The notes under the pieces are model-generated. The model made no database searches and was not told where the DNA came from. It was given only the letters and a program-made list of their open reading frames with translations. From contig JBQTJP010000181.1 in assembly GCA_052386995.1 (NCBI GenBank), forward strand, positions 1-27,242: DNA of 27,242 nt, written 5' to 3'. This DNA is from Armatimonadota bacterium (GTDB lineage: Bacteria > Sysuimicrobiota > Sysuimicrobiia > Sysuimicrobiales > Humicultoraceae). Below, piece after piece: positions 7,880-17,448 of this stretch; the first letter of the stretch is position 1, and each line of letters starts with the position of its first letter. The position numbers were made by a program, and so were the translations under genes.

Positions 7880-8238
7880 GTGAGCTGCTCCGTGATCTCC
7901 GCTCGACGTCGGCGGATCTGGAGTCGCGCCCGCGCAACATTGCCGCCCGCGTCCAGCACGGTCGCCAGATAATACATCGGCCCCATAGCGACGACGAGCA
8001 CGGAGAGTGTCTCGGTGGTGACGGTGACATAGTCGAGGTCACCGCCATCGAGCTTGCGCAGACAGTAGGCGCCGACCTTCAGCAACGCCGCAAGATCGTG
8101 TCCGATCTTGCCGAGATCGACGGTCCCTCCCTTGCCCACCGCCTCGACAACACGCCCGTCCATGCTCATGACGGCGGCGGCGCGCGTGTCGTCGCCCACG
8201 AGTTCCTGCAGGATGCCGCGAAGCTTGGTCTCCATCAT
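7876..8238 (-). CDS. Roadblock/LC7 domain protein (second copy)
   Basis: 120 aa, [31 protein letters not shown]; stop overlaps the next start (GTGA). Confidence 0.8.
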   Translation of the reverse strand: MMETKLRGILQELVGDDTRAAAVMSMDGRVVEAVGKGGTVDLGKIGHDLAALLKVGAYCLRKLDGGDLDYVTVTTETLSVLVVAMGPMYYLATVLDAGGNVARARLQIRRRRAEITEQLT

Positions 8239-8342
8239 ATCGACCAGGGAGGCGACGGATTTCGTCGCGCGACTGGCGCCTCCTCCTGCTGGGGAATGGA
8301 TATGTAGGAGCCGGCGGCGGGATCGCGGCTTTTGAGGAGACC

Positions 8343-9317
8343 ATGCACGACGCGGCCATCGAGCGGATCCGTACGCAGCATCGCACGCTCGCGGCGCAGT
8401 GGGCCCGGCAGATCGCGGAGAGCCCGGGCATCAGCACGTCGTGGGGCGGTCAGGCCCGCCTGGACCGGCACATGCTGACCGGCGTCGCGGCCCTCGTGGA
8501 AGCGGTGACGACCGATCGGGTCGAGCCGTTCGCCGAATTCGCGGCACGTCTGGCTCAGGAAGCGTTTGCGCTGCAGGTGCCGTTTCACGAGGTCATCCGC
8601 GTGCTCCTGCTGGTCAAGCCGCTGGTGCTCGAAGTGCTGGAGGACCCGGAGTTGCCGCCGGTCGACGTCGAGATCGTGCGATGGCTCGACCGCCTGATCT
8701 CGGCGGGGATCCTGGAGGGCATCCGGCGCCACGAGCATCAGCGTGACCGGCGCGTGCTTGCCACCCAGCAGCAACTGGAGGGACTCCGCGACAGCCTCCG
8801 TCGTCAGGTACTGGTCGACACCGCCACGGGCCTGCACAACGCGAACTACTTTGCGATCGCGGTTCGTCGTGAGGTGCGCCGCAGCCGGCGCTTCAACCGC
8901 ACCTTTACCCTCGGCCTGATCGCGCTCGATCAAGACGACGAGATTCGCGAGACGATGGGTGACGAGGGCCTGCGCGCGGTAACGCTCCACATCGCTGACA
9001 TCCTCACGCGTGCGACCAGACAGGTGGATCTGCGGGCGACACTGGGCAGCGGCCGGTTCGGCCTGATCCTTCCAGAAACTCCGCTGGAAGGCGCGTTCAT
9101 CCTGGCCGAGCGCGTCCGCCAGTGGGTCGAGAGCGGTGCCCTTGCGGTGCCCGATCATCCTTATCCGATGACGCAGACCGTCAGCGTCGGCCTGGCCTGC
9201 TTCCCTATGGATGCGGAAGACGACCGGGGTCTGCTCGCCCGGCTCGAAGAAGCCCTGGCGCGCGCCCGCGGTGGGCGGAATACGACTGTCGCCGCGGCGT
9301 CCTCGCACAATCACTGA
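8343..9317 (+). CDS. Degenerate GGDEF-domain protein with helical (RsbRD_N/globin-like) N-terminal domain
   Basis: DTATGLHN, TVSVGLACFP, EALARARGGRN; active-site motif replaced by GSGRF; RQVD I-site 5 residues upstream; SD AGGAG. Confidence 0.85.
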   Translation: MHDAAIERIRTQHRTLAAQWARQIAESPGISTSWGGQARLDRHMLTGVAALVEAVTTDRVEPFAEFAARLAQEAFALQVPFHEVIRVLLLVKPLVLEVLEDPELPPVDVEIVRWLDRLISAGILEGIRRHEHQRDRRVLATQQQLEGLRDSLRRQVLVDTATGLHNANYFAIAVRREVRRSRRFNRTFTLGLIALDQDDEIRETMGDEGLRAVTLHIADILTRATRQVDLRATLGSGRFGLILPETPLEGAFILAERVRQWVESGALAVPDHPYPMTQTVSVGLACFPMDAEDDRGLLARLEEALARARGGRNTTVAAASSHNH

Positions 9318-9320
9318 GCT

Positions 9321-10949
9321 CTACCGCTCCCGCCAGAGGCGAAGCTGAACTTCGAACGGCGGCTTGATCTGCAGGATCCGCAGAAATGTGTCCACCAGGC
9401 CCGGGTCCAGCGCCTTGCCCGCCATTGCCTGCAGCTCGGCGATGGCTTCCGCCACGGTTCGTCCGCGCCGGTAGGGACGATCGGAGATGAGGGCGTCGAA
9501 CGTGTCGGCGATGCGGATGATGCGCGCGCCGAGCGGAATGGCGTCGCCCGCCAGGCCCTGCGGATACCCGCTGCCATCGTAGGCTTCCTGATGAAAGCGC
9601 ACGTAATCCACGAGGGGCCGAAACGGTGACATCTGGCCCAGGATCGCGGCGCCGCGCTCCGGGTGCAGGTTCATCACCGCGCGCTCTTCCTCCGTGAGCG
9701 GGCCGCGCTTCCTTAAAATGGCTTCGGGAGTACCAATCTTCCCGATATCGTGGAGCAGACTCGCCCACTGAATCCGCTCGACTTCCTCCGCATCGAGCCC
9801 GATCCCGGACGCGATCGCCACGGCGTTGCTGGCCACGCGCTGCGAATGACCCCGCGTGTAGGGATCCTTGGCCTCCAGCGCAGCCGTCAGCGTGTTGACG
9901 GTGCTCAGCAGGAACTCTCGCGCGTGGGTATGCACCTGCGCGTCCCGCAGCGACGCCGACGCCATCTCCACGAGCGTGCCCGCGGCGTCGAGCTCCGCGT
10001 CGGCGAACAGCCGAACCTCCCCGCGTGCGAGGTAGAGCGCCCCAAACGGATGGCCCTCCGTGCGCAGGGGGAAGACCACGGCGGTGCCGGTGGCATCCTT
10101 CCCGAACACGCTCCCGAACACGCTGACCCATCGGGCGTCGGCCGCCGCGTCCACGGTCGACTGCACAACGCCCGAGGCGATCATGCTCACCAGCGCCGGC
10201 CCTGATGGCAGCACCTCGCCGGCCGGCCGGGCGTTGCCGTCGGCATCGAGACTCGCCTCGATAACCGGCCGGCCCTCGATGTCAAAGACCACGACCAGTC
10301 CGATCTGCGCCCCGGCCAGGTGCAATGCGCGATGGAGCAAAACGCGCGCCCTTTCCGGAAGCGCCCGCGATGCCATCTCGTTCAGCGTGGAATGGATCTC
10401 GGCCGCGAGGTGCGCGCGCCGGTTCAATTCTTCCGCCCCGCGCAGCGCCGACGCGGTGGCTTCCGTACGGCGCTGCTCCATGAGGCCCACCAGCAGGCCG
10501 ACGAGCAGCAACAACGCGGCGCGCGGAAGAGCGGCGGCGGACGGGGCGGCCTGGAGCGAGAGCGCCGCCGTGTATCCGAATGCCGCGATCCAGCCGCCCA
10601 CGACACCGGCGACGAGTCCGCGTCCGGTCGTGCCCCAAATCAGGACCGGCACGTAAAAGAAATAGAAGAAGCTGCGAAGCCCGCCGGTTTCGTAGATGAG
10701 GAATGACACGATGAGCAGCTCGAGCATCGTCCCCGCGGCATTGGCGGGCGGGACGCCCGTCGTGCGCCCGGCGTCCAGCATGCTGAGCAGTCCCGCCGGG
10801 AAGAGCAGGACGAGCAGCAGCAGCGCGACAGGCGAAACCGGCTCCGGCCGTCCCAGCAGGAGCACCGACACTCCGAACAGGACGGCGAGGCCTCGGACAT
10901 AGAGCGGCCACCATTCGGTCGCCCCCTGGCTGCGTATCGGCCACTGCAT
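9321..10949 (-). CDS. Membrane-anchored GAF + HD-GYP cyclic dinucleotide phosphodiesterase
   Basis: N-terminal TM helices, GAF-like PLRTEGHPFGALYL, EAKDPYTRGHSQRV, LLHDIGK, HQEAYDGSGYPQG, ADTFDAL..RPYR. Confidence 0.9.
   Translation of the reverse strand: MQWPIRSQGATEWWPLYVRGLAVLFGVSVLLLGRPEPVSPVALLLLVLLFPAGLLSMLDAGRTTGVPPANAAGTMLELLIVSFLIYETGGLRSFFYFFYVPVLIWGTTGRGLVAGVVGGWIAAFGYTAALSLQAAPSAAALPRAALLLLVGLLVGLMEQRRTEATASALRGAEELNRRAHLAAEIHSTLNEMASRALPERARVLLHRALHLAGAQIGLVVVFDIEGRPVIEASLDADGNARPAGEVLPSGPALVSMIASGVVQSTVDAAADARWVSVFGSVFGKDATGTAVVFPLRTEGHPFGALYLARGEVRLFADAELDAAGTLVEMASASLRDAQVHTHAREFLLSTVNTLTAALEAKDPYTRGHSQRVASNAVAIASGIGLDAEEVERIQWASLLHDIGKIGTPEAILRKRGPLTEEERAVMNLHPERGAAILGQMSPFRPLVDYVRFHQEAYDGSGYPQGLAGDAIPLGARIIRIADTFDALISDRPYRRGRTVAEAIAELQAMAGKALDPGLVDTFLRILQIKPPFEVQLRLWRER
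10101..10124. repeat. Perfect 12-bp tandem duplication within the HD-GYP gene
   Basis: CCCGAACACGCT x2, encodes SVFG-SVFG. Confidence 0.8.
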
Positions 10950-11032
10950 CCGCCGCCCCCACGAACGTCAATACGTACGTCACGTCGCGCCCGCAATGCC
11001 ACCGACGCGGCGTGGTGAAGGTCCGTGGAAGA

Positions 11033-11575
11033 TCAATGCCCGTTTGCCGGAGGAGTCAGACTAGGCGCGAGTCCGCGCCGCACCAGTGCCGCGAGCACGC
11101 GGCGTTCGAGCACGCGCAGCGCGCGGATACGCAGCGCCTCGCGCGGCGCAAGAGGGACGGTCAACACCGTCGGCACACCCAGACGATTGCCGGCAAGCAC
11201 GTCGGTGAAGAGCTGATCCCCGACCATAGCGGTGTGCTCGCGCGCGGTTCCCAGCAGCGCGAGCGCATGGCGCAGTTTGGCGCGGCTGGGCTTGAAGACG
11301 CCCTGGGCGACTGGTAGGTCGAGGGCCGCGGCCACGGCGCGCGCACGCCGCGACAGGCTGTTGGTGACCACACACGCCGGAATGCGCGACCGCCGCAGTT
11401 CGCACACCCACGCCTGAACCTGAGGCGGTGGAGCGGTCTCGTGCCACAGGACGAGCGTGTTGTCGAGATCGAGCATCAGAGCCTCGATACCCCAGGCGCG
11501 CAGCAGCCGTGGGGACAGGTCGTAGACGGCGCCGACCCTGTACCGGGGGGCCAGCAGCCCAAGCCACTTTCTCAT
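11033..11575 (-). CDS. yqeG: YqeG-family HAD IIIA phosphatase
   Basis: LDLDNTL, VVTN, KP, MVGDQLFTDVLAGNRLG motifs. Confidence 0.9.
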   Translation of the reverse strand: MRKWLGLLAPRYRVGAVYDLSPRLLRAWGIEALMLDLDNTLVLWHETAPPPQVQAWVCELRRSRIPACVVTNSLSRRARAVAAALDLPVAQGVFKPSRAKLRHALALLGTAREHTAMVGDQLFTDVLAGNRLGVPTVLTVPLAPREALRIRALRVLERRVLAALVRRGLAPSLTPPANGH

Positions 11576-12615
11576 GGACGGTACCGCCGCACCGCGTCCT
11601 CGTGCTCATCTAGGGTGAGACTGAAATGATGGCTGCCGTCGGGCCGCAGCACATAGTAGAGGTAGGACGTGCGCGCCGGGGCGCCCGCGGCGACGATTGA
11701 CGCAAGCCCGGGGTTGGCGATCGGGCCCGGCGGCAAGCCCACGTGGCGGTACGTGTTGTACGCGGACGGCGTATTCAGGTCGGCGGTCGTGATCACTTCT
11801 TTGTGGGTCCCCAGCGCGTAGAGCACGGTGGCATCGATCTCCAGGCGCATCCTATGCCCGAGCCGGTTGTAGATAACGCTCGCGATGACGGGACGCTCCG
11901 CGGGGACTCGGGCTTCCCGCTCGATCATCGAGGCCACGGTCAGCAACTGATGAAGGGTCAAGCCGCGGGAGCGAGCGGCCGCGCGCACATCCGGACCCAC
12001 CGCGGCCTCGAAGCGGGCGAGCATCCCCGCGAGGACTTCTTCCTCCGTGAGGCCGCGCGGGAGCGCGTAGGTGTCCGGAAACAGATATCCCTCGAGGCGG
12101 TCGATTGGCAATTCCGCCAGCGCCAGAATCTGCAGCGAGCGTCCGCGGCGCAGTGCCAGGTCCAGGAAGCGATCGTGATCCACGAGCCCGGCGGCCGCAA
12201 GGGCCGCGGCGATCTGCCGGACGGTGAAGCCCTCGGGGATCGTCACACGATGGAGGATCCCTTCGCCGCGGGCGAGCATATCGACGATCTCGAGCGCGCT
12301 CTGCGCCGGTGTGAACTTGTACTCGCCGTGTCGCAACCGACCCGCGACCCCGCGGAGCCGCGCGGCGAGTACCAGCGAGTGAGGATCCCGCAGCACACCC
12401 GCCTCGGTCAAACGCTCACCGATCTGGCGCGTGGAGTCGCCCGGACGGACGATGACAATGCGTGCCTCGCCGCTGCCGCCGACCGGACGCACTCGCAGCC
12501 ACAGGCCGCCCGCGGCGCCGGCAAGAAGCACCGCGGCCCCGACAAGGGCGACGCCTCCCCACCGCATCGCTCGCCGGAGCCTGGATGTTACGGGCCGGAC
12601 CGGATCCTTCACCAC
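11572..12615 (-). CDS. mltG: Endolytic transglycosylase MltG (YceG family)
   Basis: N-terminal TM, VTIPEG, LEGYLFPDTY, ASMIERE, YNTYRHVGLPPGPIANPG. Confidence 0.95.
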   Translation of the reverse strand: MVKDPVRPVTSRLRRAMRWGGVALVGAAVLLAGAAGGLWLRVRPVGGSGEARIVIVRPGDSTRQIGERLTEAGVLRDPHSLVLAARLRGVAGRLRHGEYKFTPAQSALEIVDMLARGEGILHRVTIPEGFTVRQIAAALAAAGLVDHDRFLDLALRRGRSLQILALAELPIDRLEGYLFPDTYALPRGLTEEEVLAGMLARFEAAVGPDVRAAARSRGLTLHQLLTVASMIEREARVPAERPVIASVIYNRLGHRMRLEIDATVLYALGTHKEVITTADLNTPSAYNTYRHVGLPPGPIANPGLASIVAAGAPARTSYLYYVLRPDGSHHFSLTLDEHEDAVRRYRP

Positions 12616-12630
12616 CGTTGAGGAATGTGC

Positions 12631-12990
12631 CTAGGAACCCTCCTCGTCGTCCTCATCTCTACTCTCGCCGTCCGGCTCGACGTCGCCGCCGATCTCCTCC
12701 AGCACGTCGAGGTCTTCGCGTTCCTCCCCACCCTCTTCAAGCACGATTTCGCCGTACCCTTCGGTCTCCTCCAGGGCGGCCATGACCCGTCCCAGCTCAT
12801 CGTCATCCTCGATCGGCACCAGCTTGTCCGCACCCTCCATGCGGAAGATCACCGCGGCCGCATCCTCCTCGTCTTCGGGCAAGAGCACCGCGTACTTGCG
12901 GCGCTCTACTTCGATGATGTCCACGAGGTTAAATCGGTGCTCGACGCCGTCCTCATCCTGCAGGGTAATGACGTCGGATTCCTCGACCAC
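12631..12990 (-). CDS. DUF1292 (YrzB-like) acidic protein
   Basis: ITLQDEDGVEHRF..KYAVLLP..LVPIEDDDE; located between yqgF and mltG as in Bacillota. Confidence 0.85.
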   Translation of the reverse strand: MVEESDVITLQDEDGVEHRFNLVDIIEVERRKYAVLLPEDEEDAAAVIFRMEGADKLVPIEDDDELGRVMAALEETEGYGEIVLEEGGEEREDLDVLEEIGGDVEPDGESRDEDDEEGS

Positions 12991-13043
12991 ACCACACCTC
13001 CGCGACCCGATCCGCCCCGTGCCGCGGCGTCCATTCGGACCGA

Positions 13044-13517
13044 CTACGGGGGGAGCATAACATCTCCATCTTGCCCCCGCAACGGCCCGGCCAGACTGCC
13101 TCGATCGAGATACGGCTGGAGGATCAGCGCGGCGGCGATGGCATCACGGCGCACCTGCTTTCCGGCCACGCGCTTGCGGCTGCCACGGGGAACCTCCTCG
13201 CGCACGGCCCGCTCCGCCGCCGCCGTCGACAACCGTTCATCAAGCTCGGTGACGGGAAGCGCGAGCGCAGCGCCAACGCGTGCGGCAAAGCGCGACGCGG
13301 CACGGGCCTGCGCGCCGACTTCTCCGCGCAGTGTCAACGGACGTCCGACGACGATTTCGGTGATGCCGTGAGTCTGGACGACGCGGCGCAACCGTGCGAG
13401 ATCGTCGGCCCACCGCGTGCGCTCGATCACTTCAAGCGGGAGGGCAATGGTGCCGGTAGGATCGCTGACCGCCAGACCGAGCCGGCGCTCTCCCGGATCG
13501 ATCGCGAGGATACGCAC
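13044..13517 (-). CDS. ruvX: YqgF/RuvX pre-16S rRNA nuclease / Holliday junction resolvase-like protein
   Basis: ILAIDPGERRLGLAVSD, VVGRP, DERLST, DAIAAALILQ. Confidence 0.93.
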   Translation of the reverse strand: MRILAIDPGERRLGLAVSDPTGTIALPLEVIERTRWADDLARLRRVVQTHGITEIVVGRPLTLRGEVGAQARAASRFAARVGAALALPVTELDERLSTAAAERAVREEVPRGSRKRVAGKQVRRDAIAAALILQPYLDRGSLAGPLRGQDGDVMLPP

Positions 13518-13522
13518 TCCCC

Positions 13523-16174
13523 TTAGGTCGCGCCTGCCAGACTCCGCACGATCTCCGGCACGGCATCGAGCACCTCGTCGAGGCGCCCGACCTCGCGTCC
13601 GCCGCCCTGCGCGAGATCCGCGCGTCCTCCGCCGGTGCCGCCGAGGCGCGCGGTCACCGCGCGGATGACTGAGTCGGCGCGCAGGCCCCGTTCGTGAAGG
13701 GCAGCGGTGACCATCGCGACCACGTTCACCCGGTCTCCGGACGTGCCACCCAGAACGATCACGCCCTCCCCCAGGCGGGCGCGCAGACCATCGCCGGCCT
13801 CTCGCAGCGCTTCATGGCTCGCGCCGTCGATACGCGCGGTCGCAACCCGCACGCCGTCGACATCCACCGTGGCCCGCGCAGCGACTTCGGGCATGACGGC
13901 TCGATCGGGCGCTACGCGCTCCCCACGCGCCTGCTCGGTGAGCCGGCGCACGCGATCGAGCAGCTCGGCCGGGGAGGTGCGGACGATTCCGGCCAGGTCG
14001 GCCACAAGCCGCTCGTTGGCCCGCGCGCGCTCGTATGCGGGCCACCCGGTCAGGGCCTCGACCCGTCGCACGCCGGCGGCGACGCTGCTCTCGGCCGTGA
14101 TCGTGAACACGCCGATCTCTCCGGTGGCCGCCACGTGCGTTCCGCCGCAGAGTTCGCGGCTGTATCCTTTGACCTCGACGACGCGCACGTGCTCCCCGTA
14201 CTTTTCCCCGAACAGGGCCATCGCCCCGAGGCGCTGGGCCTGCTCGAGCGGCATGATGAATGCCTTGACCGGTCGGTCGTCGAGGATCAGTTCGTTGACC
14301 CGGCGCTCGACGGCCGCGCGTTCCTCGGCCGACAGCGGCGCCAGATGTGTGAAGTCAAAGCGCAGGCGGTCCGGCGCGACGAGCGAGCCGGCCTGCCGGG
14401 CATGCTCGCCAAGCACTTCCCCCAGCGCCCGGTGGAGGAGATGGGTCGCGGTGTGGTGGCGCCTGATCGCATCTCTACGGCCACCATCGATGGTCGCGCG
14501 CACGCGCATGCCGGAGCGAATGCGCCCGCGCGCCACCCGGCCGCCATGCCCGGCCACCCCGGGACCCATGCGGCGGGTGTCTGCGACGTCGACGCGCAGT
14601 CCGCGCGCCGTGATCGTGCCCGCGTCGCCGACCTGCCCGCCGGCCTCGGCGTAGAACGGCGTGCGGTCCAGGACTACCGCGACGTCTTCGCCCGCGGCGG
14701 CCTCATCGAGGCGCGCCCCGTCTTTGAAGAGCGCAAGGACGGTCGCGGCCGAGGTCTCCTTTGTGTATCCGACGAACTCGGTGGCCGGCAGGTCGCCGGC
14801 GCCATCGGCCCGGATCGTGTCGGCGGGCGCAGCACCAGCGCGGCTGCGCCGTCGCTGCGCCTCCATCTCGCGACGGAACCCTTCCTCGTCGATCGCCAGG
14901 TTCGATTCAGCCGCCACGTCCCGCGTCATCTCGACGGGAAAGCCGTACGTGTCATACAGCCTGAAGACATCGTCCCCGGGAATCGTCCGACCGCCCTGCG
15001 CTCTCACCGCGGCGATGATGTCGCTCAAACGCTCGAGACCGGCGCTGAGCGTCTGCGAGAAGCGCCCTTCCTCGGCCTCGATGACTTTGAGGATGAAGTC
15101 GCGGCGACGGTCCAGATCCGGATTCTCCTCGCGCATGAGCTCGATCACGGCGGCGCCGATGTGAGCCGCAAACGCCCCCGCGAATCCCGCGCGTCTACCG
15201 AACCGGATCGCGCGCCGCAGAATCATCCGCAGGACGTACGCGCGGCCTTCGTTACCCGGCGTGACGCCGTCGGCGATGAGGAAGACCGCGGCCCGGCCAT
15301 GGTCGGCGATCACGCGGTAGGGCACCACAGCCTCGGCGCGCTGTCCATCGGTGTGGTGCAGCAGTTCCTGGATGCGGTCCAGGATGGGCGCGAACAGGTC
15401 CGTGTCATAGACCGTGGGCACGCGCTGAACCACAGAAGCAATCCGCTCGAGTCCCATCCCGGTGTCCACCCCGGGCCGCGGCAGGGGGGTGCGGGTACCG
15501 TCGGCGGCCTGATCGAACTGCATGAACACGAGATTCCAGATCTCCAGCCACCGCGCGCAATCGTTGTCCAGCGCGACGCTGCAGTCCGGGCGGCGGCAGG
15601 TGCAGAATTCAGGCCCCCAGTCGTAATGCAGTTCCGAGTTCGGCCCGCAGGGTCCCGTGGGGCCCATGGCCCAGAAGTTGGTCTTCTCGCCCATACGGAG
15701 CACGCGCTCTTCCGGCACGCCCAGCGCCCGCCAGTGCCCGTACGACTCGTTGTCGACGTCGAGCACCGTCACGATCAGTCTGTCCGGGGCGATCGTCAGA
15801 TCGTGCGTCACGAACTCCCAGGCCCACGCGATGGCCTCGCGCTTGAAGTAGTCGCCGAAGCTGAAGTTCCCGAGCATGTAGAAGAACGTGTGATGCCGCG
15901 GGCTTGGGCCGACCGTCTCCAAATCGTTGTGTTTGCCGCTGACGCGCATGCAGCGCTGCAGCGTCGCCGCGCGCACGTACGAGCGGCGCTCGCGGCCAAG
16001 AAAGACGTCTTTGAACTGGACCATGCCCGCGTTGGTGAACAGCAGCGTCGGATCCCCCGCGGGCACCAGGGAGGAACCGGGCACACTGGTATGGCCCCGC
16101 GCTTCGAAGAATTGAAGGAAGCGACGGGCGATCGCGAGGCCCCTCGTGCCCCGTGCGGCGCTCTGGTCGGTCAC
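13523..16174 (-). CDS. alaS: Alanine--tRNA ligase
   Basis: DPTLLFTNAGMVQFK, GNFSFGDYFK, DTGMGLER, editing motifs HTATHLL and ELCGGTH, C-terminal GGGRADLAQGGG. Confidence 0.98.
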   Translation of the reverse strand: MTDQSAARGTRGLAIARRFLQFFEARGHTSVPGSSLVPAGDPTLLFTNAGMVQFKDVFLGRERRSYVRAATLQRCMRVSGKHNDLETVGPSPRHHTFFYMLGNFSFGDYFKREAIAWAWEFVTHDLTIAPDRLIVTVLDVDNESYGHWRALGVPEERVLRMGEKTNFWAMGPTGPCGPNSELHYDWGPEFCTCRRPDCSVALDNDCARWLEIWNLVFMQFDQAADGTRTPLPRPGVDTGMGLERIASVVQRVPTVYDTDLFAPILDRIQELLHHTDGQRAEAVVPYRVIADHGRAAVFLIADGVTPGNEGRAYVLRMILRRAIRFGRRAGFAGAFAAHIGAAVIELMREENPDLDRRRDFILKVIEAEEGRFSQTLSAGLERLSDIIAAVRAQGGRTIPGDDVFRLYDTYGFPVEMTRDVAAESNLAIDEEGFRREMEAQRRRSRAGAAPADTIRADGAGDLPATEFVGYTKETSAATVLALFKDGARLDEAAAGEDVAVVLDRTPFYAEAGGQVGDAGTITARGLRVDVADTRRMGPGVAGHGGRVARGRIRSGMRVRATIDGGRRDAIRRHHTATHLLHRALGEVLGEHARQAGSLVAPDRLRFDFTHLAPLSAEERAAVERRVNELILDDRPVKAFIMPLEQAQRLGAMALFGEKYGEHVRVVEVKGYSRELCGGTHVAATGEIGVFTITAESSVAAGVRRVEALTGWPAYERARANERLVADLAGIVRTSPAELLDRVRRLTEQARGERVAPDRAVMPEVAARATVDVDGVRVATARIDGASHEALREAGDGLRARLGEGVIVLGGTSGDRVNVVAMVTAALHERGLRADSVIRAVTARLGGTGGGRADLAQGGGREVGRLDEVLDAVPEIVRSLAGAT

Positions 16175-17448
16175 TCCGCGGCTGATGGCGCGCTCACCTC
16201 GGCGAGCAAAGTCTGGGCTTCCGCCAGCGCGTCGCCGAACGCGGCCGCTGCCCGGTCCACGTGCTCGTCGGTTGCGATCAACGGCGGGGCGAAGCGCAGG
16301 ACCTCGCGTTTGTTGGTGGAGTAGAACGCGAGCACCTGCCGCTGAATCATCCCGGCCATGACGAGAAAAGCCACGTCGGCCTCGGAGAACTCGACGCCCA
16401 CCAGGCAGCCCCGGCCGCGCACGTCGGTCACCAGACCCGGGGCCCCGCGCGCGCCTCGGCGGAGACCTTCCATCAGACGTTCACCGATCGCGGTGGCCCT
16501 GGGCAGTAAGCCCTCATCGCGAATCACCCGGATCGTCGCCGCGGCGGCGGCCCACCCCAGGCGGTTGCCGAAGGTCGTGGTGTGGATGAGAGGATCTTGA
16601 ATGAACCGTTCCCACAGGTGAGGTCGGGCAATCGTCGCGCCAACCGGCGCGACTCCGCCGCCCAATCCTTTCGCGGTCGTGAGAATATCGGGCACCACGC
16701 CTTCCCACTCGCAGGCCCACATCTTGCCGGTGCGGCCCATGCCGGTCTGCACCTCGTCGAGCACGAGCAAGATTCCCGCTCGATCGCAGATCGCCCGCAC
16801 CGCACGCAGATATCCGTCGGGCGGGATCACCACGCCGGTTTCTCCCTGAATCGGCTCCAGGATGACCGCGGCGGTTTCGCGCGTGACCGCGGACGCGATC
16901 GCATCGGCGTCGCCGAACGGCACGTGTACGATCCCGGGGATGAGCGGTTCAAACGGTGCGCGATACATGTCCCGACCGGAGACGGACAGCGCGCCGAGCG
17001 TCTTCCCATGAAACGCGCCCGTCGTCGCGATGATCCCGGGACGCCCGGTCGCCAGGCGGGCCAGCTTGATTGCGGCCTCGTTGGCCTCCGCCCCGCTGTT
17101 GGAGAAGAACGAGTACTGGAGATCGCCGGGCGTCACCTCGGCGAGCAGAGCAGCCAGGTCGCCCATCGGCTCGTTGGCCATCATACGCACCGACAGCGGC
17201 ATGCGGTCGAGTTCCCGCCGCGCGGCTTCGACCACCCGAGGATGGCGGTGCCCGAGGATGAAGACGGACGGGCCGGCAGCGAAGTCAAGGTACTCGCGGC
17301 CGTACGCGTCGCGGATGATGGCGCCCTCAGCCTCGACCTCCAGCGTTTCCAGGGTGGCAAACTTGAACAGGCGGACCCAGGCCGGATTGAGATGGTCGGC
17401 ATACTGCTGGAAGACCCTCAACACCCGTGCTTCGATCTGGCGGCTCAC
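16171..17448 (-). CDS. Class III PLP aminotransferase (putrescine/ornithine aminotransferase-like)
   Basis: NSGAEANE, FHGKT, EPIQGE, DEVQTGMGRTG, AKGLGGG, HTTTFGN; GTG 17448 overlaps the Nudix stop, SD GGAGGA. Confidence 0.92.
   Translation of the reverse strand: MSRQIEARVLRVFQQYADHLNPAWVRLFKFATLETLEVEAEGAIIRDAYGREYLDFAAGPSVFILGHRHPRVVEAARRELDRMPLSVRMMANEPMGDLAALLAEVTPGDLQYSFFSNSGAEANEAAIKLARLATGRPGIIATTGAFHGKTLGALSVSGRDMYRAPFEPLIPGIVHVPFGDADAIASAVTRETAAVILEPIQGETGVVIPPDGYLRAVRAICDRAGILLVLDEVQTGMGRTGKMWACEWEGVVPDILTTAKGLGGGVAPVGATIARPHLWERFIQDPLIHTTTFGNRLGWAAAAATIRVIRDEGLLPRATAIGERLMEGLRRGARGAPGLVTDVRGRGCLVGVEFSEADVAFLVMAGMIQRQVLAFYSTNKREVLRFAPPLIATDEHVDRAAAAFGDALAEAQTLLAEVSAPSAAE

Noticed and set aside
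13694..16324. 876-aa plus-strand ORF
   Set aside because: Antisense shadow of alaS; no recognisable motifs; long stop-free antisense frames are expected at high GC
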